From positions 6,257,459 to 6,321,458 of the forward strand of contig NC_064039.1 in NCBI RefSeq assembly GCF_932526225.1: a stretch of 64,000 nt of DNA, in the 5' to 3' direction. The translations under genes were made by a program, and so were the position numbers. The first letter of the stretch is position 1; every line of letters begins with the position of its first letter. This DNA comes from Nematostella vectensis (taxonomy: Eukaryota). The notes beneath the pieces are model-generated. The model did not search any database. It had not been told where the DNA came from and saw only the letters and a list, made by a program, of their open reading frames with translations. This document shows, piece by piece, positions 53,854 to 61,838 of the stretch.

Positions 53854-54311
53854 AACATTCCTATTTTTGGCGTCGCGTTCGGGAGGCTAGCCCCTCGAGC
53901 TCCCCCTAGGTGGGAGGTGGGTCTCCCAAGAGTTTCGGCCTCGTTGACGTTAATCTTAGACGGCTCGCCCTCTTTCTTTTTGTAAAAACGCATATACATA
54001 TCCAATGCGGTGAGCCCTATTCCAACTAGAGCCAGTACAGTTGTAAACGATAGCTCTGGAATCCAAGCGTCCGAGAGGCTATCCCCTCGAGCTCCCTCTT
54101 GGTGGGGTGTCTCTGCTCGTGCAGCGTCTTCTGAACTCGCCTCCGCCTCGCGTTTCATCTCCCTAGCAAGTGCTTCTCTACACCTCCTATTATATTCGGC
54201 AACTCTCTTACCAGAAGCGACTTTTATAGGATCTTTCTCCTTAGCGGCACTCTTCTTCCTGGGGGGAGGGTCCTTTGTGATTTGCTCAACCTCTTGATTT
54301 TCGTCAGACAT
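53850..54311 (-). CDS. Element ORF: basic N-terminus plus single-TM protein (153 aa)
   Basis: K/R-rich N-terminus (PPRKKSAAKEKDPIKVASGKRVAEYNRRCREALAREMKRE), then a TM helix LSFTTVLALVGIGLTALDMYM. It contains two in-frame copies of the palindromic motif. The box GTGATTTAAAGATT lies upstream at 54335..54348. Confidence 0.55.
   Translation of the reverse strand: MSDENQEVEQITKDPPPRKKSAAKEKDPIKVASGKRVAEYNRRCREALAREMKREAEASSEDAARAETPHQEGARGDSLSDAWIPELSFTTVLALVGIGLTALDMYMRFYKKKEGEPSKINVNEAETLGRPTSHLGGARGASLPNATPKIGML
53883..53902 (-). other. Palindromic motif copy inside ORF 53850..54311
   Basis: The reverse complement reads GAGCTCGAGGGGCTAGCCTC, encoding GARGASL. It lies ~35 nt upstream of the late box for ORF 53590..53814. 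Confidence 0.6.
54075..54094 (-). other. Palindromic motif copy inside ORF 53850..54311
   Basis: The reverse complement reads GAGCTCGAGGGGATAGCCTC, encoding GARGDSL in the same codon phase as the copy at 53883. Confidence 0.55.
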
Positions 54312-54334
54312 GATTCTTTACTCACTGAATAAAG

Positions 54335-54348
54335 AATCTTTAAATCAC
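54335..54348 (-). promoter_or_regulatory. Late-type box GTGATTTAAAGATT (ORF 53850..54311)
   Basis: It lies 33 nt before the ATG at 54311. Confidence 0.55.
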
Positions 54349-54352
54349 ATCA

Positions 54353-54488
54353 TGCTCAAGAGCTTGCTCAGTTGTGCTCAAGAGCTTGCTCAGGTGTGCT
54401 CAAGAGCTTGCTTAGGTGTGCTCAGGTGTGCTCAAGAGTTTGCTTAGGTGTGCTCAGGTGTGCTCAAGAGTTTGCTCAGTTGTGCTTG
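54353..54488. repeat. Intra-element 22-bp minisatellite (GTGCTCAAGAGCTTGCTCAGGT, with 10-bp short variants), ~6 copies
   Basis: It lies in the spacer between ORF 53850..54311 and ORF 54454..54981 and extends into the last ~10 codons of the latter. Confidence 0.8.
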
Positions 54489-54981
54489 AAACTTCTTGAA
54501 GTTTGTTGGAAGTCTCCTGTGAAGGTGTTAGTTTAACATGCTTAGCGACCCGAAAGATGGCACTAGCAAGTGCTACCATCCTTCCTCCCTTCAATACCAA
54601 GAGACCTGCAAAGTTTGACAATTCGCGTTTAACCAACTCGTCGTTCTGTAAGTCTTTGCTAAGCGCTTCGGTGTCATCTACAGGAACCACGTAGGAAATG
54701 ACTTGAGACACCACTTGAAGTGCTGATTCTACTAATCCATCAGTAACTTGTTTGCCTAAGACAGTCTGGTAGCGAACAAAGTACTTTTCGACGTCTTTCG
54801 CCGGGAGCTTCTTGATGTCCCCTAAACTCATGTCCACACCAAGAAATTCCTTCGTAGTCCCAAGAGATGCGAGAATAGCCAGCGATTCTCGTTTGACTTC
54901 AACATCGTCTTCGAGAGGCTCACCCTTCGAGCTCCCCTTAGACTTAGGCTCCTCTTCCATATAATCCTCAATGCTTGCCAT
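54454..54981 (-). CDS. Element ORF: 175-aa acidic/helical protein, function unknown
   Basis: The ORF track starts at 55047. However, the early-type box AAGTGGTTTAAAAAC (55006..55020) lies inside that extension, 33 nt before the ATG at 54981 (MASIEDYMEEE..). I therefore take 54981 as the start. The protein contains no Cys, so it is not a cysteine protease. Confidence 0.55.
   Translation of the reverse strand: MASIEDYMEEEPKSKGSSKGEPLEDDVEVKRESLAILASLGTTKEFLGVDMSLGDIKKLPAKDVEKYFVRYQTVLGKQVTDGLVESALQVVSQVISYVVPVDDTEALSKDLQNDELVKRELSNFAGLLVLKGGRMVALASAIFRVAKHVKLTPSQETSNKLQEVSSTTEQTLEHT
54915..54934 (-). other. Palindromic motif copy inside ORF 54454..54981
   Basis: The reverse complement reads GAGCTCGAAGGGTGAGCCTC, encoding SSKGEPL in the same codon phase. 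Confidence 0.5.
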
Positions 54982-55005
54982 CTTATTTTGTAAGTAGACC
55001 AAGAT

Positions 55006-55020
55006 GTTTTTAAACCACTT
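55006..55020 (-). promoter_or_regulatory. Early-type box AAGTGGTTTAAAAAC (ORF 54454..54981)
   Basis: It lies 33 nt before the ATG at 54981 and directly follows a palindromic-motif copy. Confidence 0.5.
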
Positions 55021-55021
55021 C

Positions 55022-55043
55022 GAGGGGTCAGCCCCTCGAGCTC
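55022..55043 (-). other. Palindromic motif copy abutting the early box of ORF 54454..54981
   Basis: The reverse complement reads GAGCTCGAGGGGCTGACCCCTC, immediately followed by GAAGTGGTTTAAAAAC. Confidence 0.55.
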
Positions 55044-55670
55044 TCACCGCGTGGCAGGAATCTCCAAATAACGTTGGAATGGATGTCGTAGGCAGAAACA
55101 GAGTCTGGAATACTTTTCAGTTTTCAGCAGTTCTACAAACTTTTTACGAGTCTCAACGTCTAAGTCACCCCCATAATCTTCAAACAGTGTTTTGGTACCG
55201 ATTTGAGATGGATTATGGAATGTAACCACACAGGCGACGTTATCACGGAAGGGCTTTGCTATGGATGTTAATTGTTGCGTCAATACCCACACTGATAATC
55301 CTTCGTGTCTCCCTGAGAACGCTAAATTGATAAACTTGTTCGAGCGTTGCTTTAGATCTTTCGATACAGCACAGTCATCCAAAACGAGTAACGTATTTGT
55401 ACCAGAAAATAGCACCGCACAATCTGTTAGTAACTCGTTAATCTCATCGGTGTTACTAGCATCCGGCGATAATACCAAGAAACGTTTATCTCCGTGAGCA
55501 AATCTACGATAGGACTTGTTTTTCGCATAAGTCGGACAAATCAACACAATGTATTCAAACACATGCCGGAACGGCCCTCGGAGCTGTTCCGTGAGGTACT
55601 TTGTCTTCCCACAATTAGTAGGTCCTGTGATAATACAATGAAAAGGAACTTTTTCCCGTAATTCTTCCAT
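55044..55670 (-). CDS. FtsK/HerA-type DNA-packaging ATPase
   Basis: Walker A is IITGPTNCGKT and Walker B is LLVLDDCA. The size (~208 aa) and position next to the capsid gene are typical of Polinton and PRD1-adenovirus-lineage packaging ATPases. The ORF-track start at 55691 is a TTG; the first ATG is at 55670 (MEELREK), ~25 nt downstream of the box TATTAAAAAGGAC. Confidence 0.85.
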   Translation of the reverse strand: MEELREKVPFHCIITGPTNCGKTKYLTEQLRGPFRHVFEYIVLICPTYAKNKSYRRFAHGDKRFLVLSPDASNTDEINELLTDCAVLFSGTNTLLVLDDCAVSKDLKQRSNKFINLAFSGRHEGLSVWVLTQQLTSIAKPFRDNVACVVTFHNPSQIGTKTLFEDYGGDLDVETRKKFVELLKTEKYSRLCFCLRHPFQRYLEIPATR

Positions 55671-55691
55671 TCTTTTTGTATTATCACACAA

Positions 55692-55705
55692 GTCCTTTTT
55701 AATAC
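55692..55705 (-). promoter_or_regulatory. Variant box GTATTAAAAAGGAC (ATPase gene), overlapping the MCP stop codon
   Basis: It lies ~25 nt before the ATG at 55670. The MCP TAA stop codon is embedded in the box. Confidence 0.45.
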
Positions 55706-56937
55706 ATGATTGCTCTCAAATTCGAGTTCATAACCTCCATCAACGCGTCGGCTACTACAAACATGTAGCAGGTGATGTTTCCCGTTCCTCCAACTTTTCG
55801 TTTCATCTCGAGTTTTACTCCGTCTCGCGTGTTGTTCAAGACCAGACCTCCTCCGTGAATGCTGTTATCTGGGTGTGCCCTCAAGTCGACCCACAGAGCA
55901 AACTTGTTATTAGCGTAAAAATCCTTTTGCTTGACACCCTCTCTACCGAAACGTTTCTTTACCGACTCCCAGAGGTCCGGCGGTGTCATCCCCTTGGAGT
56001 AGAGACGGTTTGGCATGCCATCCACATTAATGTTGATCGATGTGATGCTTGGATTGACAAACTTTTCGGAATCCCTTGCTCCTCCGGTGTAGCTCTCTGT
56101 GAACAGGCACAATATCCCTGTCATTGACCTCCTCGGCAGATTAATGTGCTCGTTTATGACACCATCATTAGGTTTGGAGATGGTGAACGTTTTGTGGAGA
56201 ATGACGTTCTCGTAAAAGAATCCTCTACCAACCTGATAAGCCGACAACGCCTCACGAGCTAAGTATTCACTTGAGATGCAAGCATATTCCAACTCGAGGT
56301 TTGTGATTGTGTACGTTGGAGTCTTGACCGTGTCAGCATAAACAACGACGTCGGAAACTGGGGCTAGAGTAATTTCAAAGATTAGCGGATGAGGTAACGC
56401 CTTTGGATAAAAGACCCCATGCTCGCCGAGAATAGGATGGTCGAGTGGAATGCAGTACTTGGTGTTGTGAACTGCTGCAAGAGCTACTTCCTTAGCATCT
56501 GATGTCGCTTTGTCACCTGCATTTGTCCTGAGCTTCCTCATGTTCTCAGAGGAGATACCTTGTTTTATTCTATCCTCACGATCTTCAGCTTGTAAGTATA
56601 AGTCGTGATAGGTTTGGAAGAGATCGTATCTTTGAGTATCCTGTAGTGTTTCTCCACCGAAAAGAATCTTGAGCCTTGACACTAGGTTCCGGCCAACGTT
56701 GTTGACGAGAGTATTATTCGCGTGTCCTGTGACGTTTAAGTCAAATAGTAAGGATACACTACCTGGAACAATCACTACATTTTCAGCAAGTTTTGGAATA
56801 TTTATATAGAGGGTTTCTCCAGGACTTGCCGATGAGGGATTGAATGTAATCCGATTCAGCGACGATTCCGCTTTCAGGCCGAAGGGTTCCCGTGGGATCC
56901 TGTTTGGGTTAATTTTTTCTGATATCGCTTGTGCCAT
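55699..56937 (-). CDS. Candidate major capsid protein (double jelly-roll expected), 412 aa
   Basis: Its position is immediately upstream of the packaging ATPase. It carries a late-type box, and its size and beta-rich composition fit. No other ORF in the element is a better MCP candidate. The fold was not verified. Confidence 0.55.
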   Translation of the reverse strand: MAQAISEKINPNRIPREPFGLKAESSLNRITFNPSSASPGETLYINIPKLAENVVIVPGSVSLLFDLNVTGHANNTLVNNVGRNLVSRLKILFGGETLQDTQRYDLFQTYHDLYLQAEDREDRIKQGISSENMRKLRTNAGDKATSDAKEVALAAVHNTKYCIPLDHPILGEHGVFYPKALPHPLIFEITLAPVSDVVVYADTVKTPTYTITNLELEYACISSEYLAREALSAYQVGRGFFYENVILHKTFTISKPNDGVINEHINLPRRSMTGILCLFTESYTGGARDSEKFVNPSITSININVDGMPNRLYSKGMTPPDLWESVKKRFGREGVKQKDFYANNKFALWVDLRAHPDNSIHGGGLVLNNTRDGVKLEMKRKVGGTGNITCYMFVVADALMEVMNSNLRAIMY

Positions 56938-56961
56938 CTTTTATTTTAAGAAAAGAGAGAT

Positions 56962-56975
56962 AATCTTTAAATGAG
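56962..56975 (-). promoter_or_regulatory. Late-type box CTCATTTAAAGATT (MCP gene), overlapping the integrase start codon
   Basis: It lies 34 nt before the MCP ATG at 56937. The palindromic TTTAAA core sits in the 33-bp divergent MCP/integrase spacer. Confidence 0.55.
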
Positions 56976-57963
56976 TAACGAAAGCAGGTTATCAAAAATA
57001 TACTATTCCACCGATGGATACTGGAAAGGGTATTCAGCTATTTATAAGTTAGCTAGTGTCGCTAAAGTCAGTGAAGCCGAGGCTAAGAGGTGGCTTGAAA
57101 AACAGGCGTTGTGGCAGATCTATCTCCCAGCTCCAAAGTATGTCCCCAGACCGCATTGGACTGTGAATAAACCTAATCAGATTCACCAAGCCGATCTGTT
57201 GTTTATGCCCCACGATAACGTAGGCAGAAAAACCTACCGTTACGCGTTGGTCGTGATTGATATTGCCTCGAGATATAAAGATGCAGAAGCACTGACTACC
57301 AAGGATTCGAGTGGAATTGCTAAAGGGTTTGAAAAGATATACTCCAGAAAACTTAAATGGCCTCATACGGTGATTGTCGATCCGGGGACAGAATTTAGGG
57401 GAGAGGTAACGAAGATTATGAAAAAGAAGGGGGTTACCATCCAGCGAAGCGAAGCTGGGAACCATCGCGCACAGGCTTTTGTCGAACGCGCCAATAGAAC
57501 ACTGGCGGAGAGGTTGTTTTCTTATCAGTATGCTCAAGAAATGATTAGCGATGATCGGTCCAGAGTTTGGGTGAAACGATTGCCAGATGTTTTGAAGACT
57601 CTGAATAGTCAACCCATAAGAATTACTGGCAAAGAGCCTGTAAAATCTATTGGTTTGAAAGAGGTTGATATTGACCCTCCAACGTATAAGCGGCCTGTTG
57701 GACTTGACGAAGTTAGACTACCACCAGGGGTTAGAGTTAGATATCTATTAGCTCCTGGAGAAGAGGAAGGAGGTGAACGCAGACGAGCCACAGACCCCAT
57801 TTGGAGTTTGAAAGTGTTTGATCTATCACGCAGTGTTGTTTCGGTTGGGCAGCCTGTGTTGTACTACCTCTCCGAAGGCGCTCCAAGGAGGTCGTTCGTT
57901 AGGGAAGAACTTCAAGTCGTCCCTGAAGATACTGAGCCACCACCTAATAGCGTTCTGAAATGA
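56971..57963 (+). CDS. Retroviral-type (rve) DDE integrase
   Basis: The catalytic-core pattern is HQADLLFMP..(D), VIVDPGTEFRG (D), AQAFVERANRTLAERL (E), with typical spacing. The C-terminal beta-rich tail (VLYYLSEGAPRRSFVREELQVV) looks chromo/SH3-like. Confidence 0.9.
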   Translation: MSNESRLSKIYYSTDGYWKGYSAIYKLASVAKVSEAEAKRWLEKQALWQIYLPAPKYVPRPHWTVNKPNQIHQADLLFMPHDNVGRKTYRYALVVIDIASRYKDAEALTTKDSSGIAKGFEKIYSRKLKWPHTVIVDPGTEFRGEVTKIMKKKGVTIQRSEAGNHRAQAFVERANRTLAERLFSYQYAQEMISDDRSRVWVKRLPDVLKTLNSQPIRITGKEPVKSIGLKEVDIDPPTYKRPVGLDEVRLPPGVRVRYLLAPGEEEGGERRRATDPIWSLKVFDLSRSVVSVGQPVLYYLSEGAPRRSFVREELQVVPEDTEPPPNSVLK

Positions 57964-60900
57964 CCGTGAGCGAAGGTGTGAATACCATCATCACAGATGA
58001 CCCGTTTATCATCCTCATGAGATAGAGCGACCTTGTTCACCGTTTCAGTGTAAACATCATGCTTATGACTTCTGATGACATTCATAAGTCTCATCTGAGG
58101 TTTCTTACCAAATAAGCAATCCTTGTAGTCATCGAAACCGATGCTCTTCTTGACGACTGCTCTCTTGACGCCCTTGCATTTCTTTTCTTCTTTACCTTCA
58201 TCCATCTTGTACGAGTAAAGTTTGGCCCTCAGTCCTACAAATTCTGTGATTTGCTGGCCCCCAGCCTCATCTTTAAACATTCCGATGACTTTCTTGTTCA
58301 CACCCACCTCAATACCAGATGGGTGACCCTTCGGAAAGTTGCTGGTGTCGAACATGGACCTCACATCCCCGCTGATGTCCTCGTAAAAGTCTTTCGTCTC
58401 GATCTCATACATCAGGCTGTCAGTATCAGTGAATAAGAGCTTTGCATCCTCACCGTACTTAGGCTTGACGAAGTTGTAGTGGAAATCGTACATGAGCGTC
58501 TTACTCAGGTCCAGAATGGACATACCCAAGTAGACAGGCTTGTTGAAGATCAGCTTTGTCTTCTTCATGTGGATGGCGGCTAGATTCTCGCAAAAGATGG
58601 TGCGATGTTGATAGTTCGGCTTTGATATGAGCTTCTTGGCCTGCTTCTCGTCCGTCACCAACCGAATGTCCACCCTGTTCCTAATGTTCTCCATAGTCTT
58701 ACCAAAGACGGAGTTGTTCATTAACTTGAAAAAATCTTTCTCAAAATCGTTTGTCGCCTTGGCTCTCAGATCGGTGTTCAAGTCAATGTAGGGCTCCAGC
58801 CAAGCAGACTCCTCAAAAGTGACACCCCTGTGAATCTTGGTGACTTTTAGCCCAAAACTCACATAAAGTCTCAGAGTCTCATGGTGGATAACGTACTTTG
58901 TCTTGTCGTTAAGGTTGGGGACCAACTTGTCCACATTGCCTAGCCCGATAGATTCCGGGGCTAGTGGGTAATCGTTGTGTAAGTCATGTAGGTGGTGAGG
59001 GTACTCCAAGTCAACCTCCAGAATGCATGGGCGGTCTCTCCAACCTGACAGCTCTTGGTCACCCATCCACCTGAAACCGTGAGTCGGTAAAGGGTTGCTC
59101 ATCGCCCAGCCATACAAATTGTTAGCATCAAGGTAGGTGATATATTTTGTGGGTAGGTCAGGGTCATACTCCTTCATGTAAGGGTTATTTGCCTCCCCAT
59201 GTCTGTTGCTTATCATGGAGACACCCCCACGGATGCCCTTCTCAATCATGAGCAACATGTCATAGTCCGTTAGAAGCTCTAGCCTCACCTTGGTGGTCTT
59301 CAACGCTGCATCCCAAGCCAACCCTGGCGCTGTGTAGTACCAAGCGGGGTCCAGACCGTAATTCTTGAGACAAACGTCCCTAAAGTTCTCGAAAACGTCA
59401 GCTAAAAGCAACACATCCGACTCTAGGTACAGATTGTGGTAATCCCTCATGGTCCCCATCCCAAAGGCCTCCCACACTCTCCGCGCGTGCAGGTGATCCT
59501 CCTCCGATATGTCGGTGTCGTTGAGTTTGGAGTGGAACGCCTCTCTCTGTGGGAGCTGTGTTGCGTCGAGCTTGCTAAAGCCGTCGAACCAGTCGTAAGG
59601 GAAAACACCCTTCCTCAACAACAGCTGAAGCTCCTCCCCCTCATAGTACTCCGCCAGGTTTTTGAAGCACTCCCTTGACATATTACCCACTAGACTGTCG
59701 AGACTGGCCGACATAAACCTGAAACTGTCGATAAATCTGATATCACGTTTAACATCAATCTTGTTGCCCTCCTTGTTCGTGAAACTGTCGACTACAATCT
59801 GTTTTGTGAAAGAAATATACTTTTCCTCGTTATTAGGTATACAGTTTATTTTACCTTCCGATGTACCAAGGTTCTTGATAAATAGATGGCTGTCGTACCC
59901 AGACAGATTGTGAAAGATAACAGGAAAGAACTTTGGAATTTTGTGATCTAAGTTGCATGCGTTGTGAGCAGCACCTCTGTACTTCCCTGTAAGGTGGCAA
60001 TGGTCCAAAACCTTGTCTTCCCCTAATTCACCCTCACAGATGTGGCAGTGAGTGGCGTCGTTATAGGCGATTTTGTCCTTCGGAGTCATTTTCACCTTCT
60101 TAGGGAACCTGAACTTATCATAAATTTTCTTAATGTCTGACTCCAAAGACTCTACGAAAAGCTGTGGGATATCTTCGTCTGGAGATTCAGCTGTGTATCG
60201 TACAAGCTCGGATGGGGATATATCTCCGTCGAAACACTTGATGAGATAGCAGAAACCAGACGGTTTGTGTTTCTGGTATTGCTTAGTGAAGCTTTTACTC
60301 TCATCTGGGGAGCATGTGTCTATATTCTCTGTGAAGCTCTCAAAGTCGGCGTAGACAACAAAGGGGACACGCATTTTTCTGTTGTAGTTTTTGAATTTAA
60401 TGTGGGGTAGATTTCCATCCTTATCTATCTTAGGCATCTCTATTCCAACCGCTTCATGATTGCCGCAGCATTCAGAATGTTTTTCTAATGATTGTTTGCA
60501 CCGAAACGAGTTCAGACATCTACAGCATAAAAAACGAGTATGATGAAACTCATCAATTTGAGTAGATACTAATCTCATCATATTCTTTATCCAGCAGTAA
60601 TGATTCGTCTCATCATCCGAGATGAGAAGTAAGTTGATTGCATTATCTGGATCCTTCTCACTGATTCTCAATGGATATATTTTGGTTTCGTATCCAAACA
60701 CATTAACCGTATACTGGTTCTGTTTCTCGAACTTGTCAATCTGTTTTAGTGAGACGGGGAACTCTATCCCTGACCAGTCGAATTTCTCAGAGCTCTCTAT
60801 CATTTGTTTACTGAACCTTTGAGGATCTTTCTCCCTAGGATACACAGCAGAGGTTACTGCCCACTTGAAACATTCGTGATCATTCTCGTTCTTAACATTG

Positions 60901-61838
60901 ATGATCGCCTTCTTAGACGCTAGTTTCAGCGGCAGCGGAATATAGGAAGACCCAGAAAGCGGTTCAAAGGGATCTATGTTGATGTCAAAGTATTCCACTT
61001 GGTCAAACTGCCATCCGGAGCCTTGCTTCTGGAACAGCTCAACTAATCCGAGTAAATAATTTGTCATCGTATCGAACAAATCAGAGAGATCAGTCGACTC
61101 TGTCACAATCTCGGGCTTCTCTGTATGAAAATATCCCAGTTCTTCTTCGATCTGAGCTGTAGCCGGATCCTCTTTTATAAACCCGCAAGTAAAGATAAAC
61201 TTCACTTTGATAGGCTTTTTTTGTCGACTGATGAGCTCTAAGACTTTCGGTTTGATTCTGGCGATGAATGTCTTGGGGTCGTAACCTCTCTGCCCGGCTA
61301 TTCCGTGGGTTTTAAGATACCCCTTCAACGCCGTCTGTTGTTCCTTGGGTGTGAAGCGATCTTCCACCTCCTCGTGTAGACGCTTAATCCTCTCCTTCAG
61401 ACGTTCGACCCGTTTATCTGCAGCCTCTTTGACGGTCTTTTTGACGGGCTCGGGGACATAAGATAGTATCCAATCCGCAAACTTGTCTAACTCGCTCTTG
61501 ATCAAGTTGGCCGCCCTGTTTGCAAAATGCTTGAGTGATTGGACGCGGGAACTCCGTGGGGGTTGGGAGGGTTTTAGAATAGGGACATTAATCTCAGGTA
61601 TCGGGCCGTCGAGAATACTCTCCGACGTGTTGGACGGGGTAATGCGGGGTGGTCGTGGCAGCCCTTTGACAAGTTTGGGTAAAGGAACCCGTCGGGGTGG
61701 TGGTGGTGGTGACGTGCTGGTCAGCGCCCCGACGAGCTCGTCTCTCCGCATCCAGTAATATCTTGGGATACCCCGCTCCTTGGCGAGGGCTTTCAGATCT
61801 TTCACCTTCAGGTTCTCCATTTCTATCAAACCAGTCAT
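57912..61838 (-). CDS. Protein-primed family B DNA polymerase with a long N-terminal (terminal-protein-like) region and a SAP-like motif
   Basis: 1308 aa. Pol motifs: YLDANNLYGWAM (A), KLMNNSVFGKTME (B), LLFTDTDSLMY (C). Exonuclease region: VVYADFESF. N-terminus: LKVKDLKALAKERGIPRYYWMRRDELVGAL (SAP-like). The early-type box lies at 61839..61853. The functional start may be the second ATG at 61820. Confidence 0.95.
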   Translation of the reverse strand: MTGLIEMENLKVKDLKALAKERGIPRYYWMRRDELVGALTSTSPPPPPRRVPLPKLVKGLPRPPRITPSNTSESILDGPIPEINVPILKPSQPPRSSRVQSLKHFANRAANLIKSELDKFADWILSYVPEPVKKTVKEAADKRVERLKERIKRLHEEVEDRFTPKEQQTALKGYLKTHGIAGQRGYDPKTFIARIKPKVLELISRQKKPIKVKFIFTCGFIKEDPATAQIEEELGYFHTEKPEIVTESTDLSDLFDTMTNYLLGLVELFQKQGSGWQFDQVEYFDINIDPFEPLSGSSYIPLPLKLASKKAIINVKNENDHECFKWAVTSAVYPREKDPQRFSKQMIESSEKFDWSGIEFPVSLKQIDKFEKQNQYTVNVFGYETKIYPLRISEKDPDNAINLLLISDDETNHYCWIKNMMRLVSTQIDEFHHTRFLCCRCLNSFRCKQSLEKHSECCGNHEAVGIEMPKIDKDGNLPHIKFKNYNRKMRVPFVVYADFESFTENIDTCSPDESKSFTKQYQKHKPSGFCYLIKCFDGDISPSELVRYTAESPDEDIPQLFVESLESDIKKIYDKFRFPKKVKMTPKDKIAYNDATHCHICEGELGEDKVLDHCHLTGKYRGAAHNACNLDHKIPKFFPVIFHNLSGYDSHLFIKNLGTSEGKINCIPNNEEKYISFTKQIVVDSFTNKEGNKIDVKRDIRFIDSFRFMSASLDSLVGNMSRECFKNLAEYYEGEELQLLLRKGVFPYDWFDGFSKLDATQLPQREAFHSKLNDTDISEEDHLHARRVWEAFGMGTMRDYHNLYLESDVLLLADVFENFRDVCLKNYGLDPAWYYTAPGLAWDAALKTTKVRLELLTDYDMLLMIEKGIRGGVSMISNRHGEANNPYMKEYDPDLPTKYITYLDANNLYGWAMSNPLPTHGFRWMGDQELSGWRDRPCILEVDLEYPHHLHDLHNDYPLAPESIGLGNVDKLVPNLNDKTKYVIHHETLRLYVSFGLKVTKIHRGVTFEESAWLEPYIDLNTDLRAKATNDFEKDFFKLMNNSVFGKTMENIRNRVDIRLVTDEKQAKKLISKPNYQHRTIFCENLAAIHMKKTKLIFNKPVYLGMSILDLSKTLMYDFHYNFVKPKYGEDAKLLFTDTDSLMYEIETKDFYEDISGDVRSMFDTSNFPKGHPSGIEVGVNKKVIGMFKDEAGGQQITEFVGLRAKLYSYKMDEGKEEKKCKGVKRAVVKKSIGFDDYKDCLFGKKPQMRLMNVIRSHKHDVYTETVNKVALSHEDDKRVICDDGIHTFAHGHFRTLLGGGSVSSGTT

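Noticed and set aside
53850-54311. HLGGAR / EGARG peptides from the palindromic motif as possible adenovirus-protease cleavage sites ((M/L/I)XGG-X or (M/L/I)XGX-G)
   Set aside because: The residues do not fit either consensus register (L-G-G-A-R). No adenain-like protease is encoded in the element. The same DNA motif also occurs in non-coding positions, which argues for a DNA-level signal.
54982-55047. N-terminal extension of ORF 54454..55047 (MRARGADPSKWFKNILVYLQNK)
   Set aside because: The extension is made of a palindromic-motif copy plus the class-1 promoter box. The ATG at 54981 sits at the standard distance from the box.
55671-55691. ORF-track start of the ATPase at 55691, and likewise 17058 for the CHAC2-like gene and 482 for the SCUBE-like exon
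   Set aside because: These first codons are TTG or GTG rendered as M by the ORF caller. Eukaryotic genes use ATG, so I moved the starts to 55670 and 17052. 482 is simply an internal exon frame.
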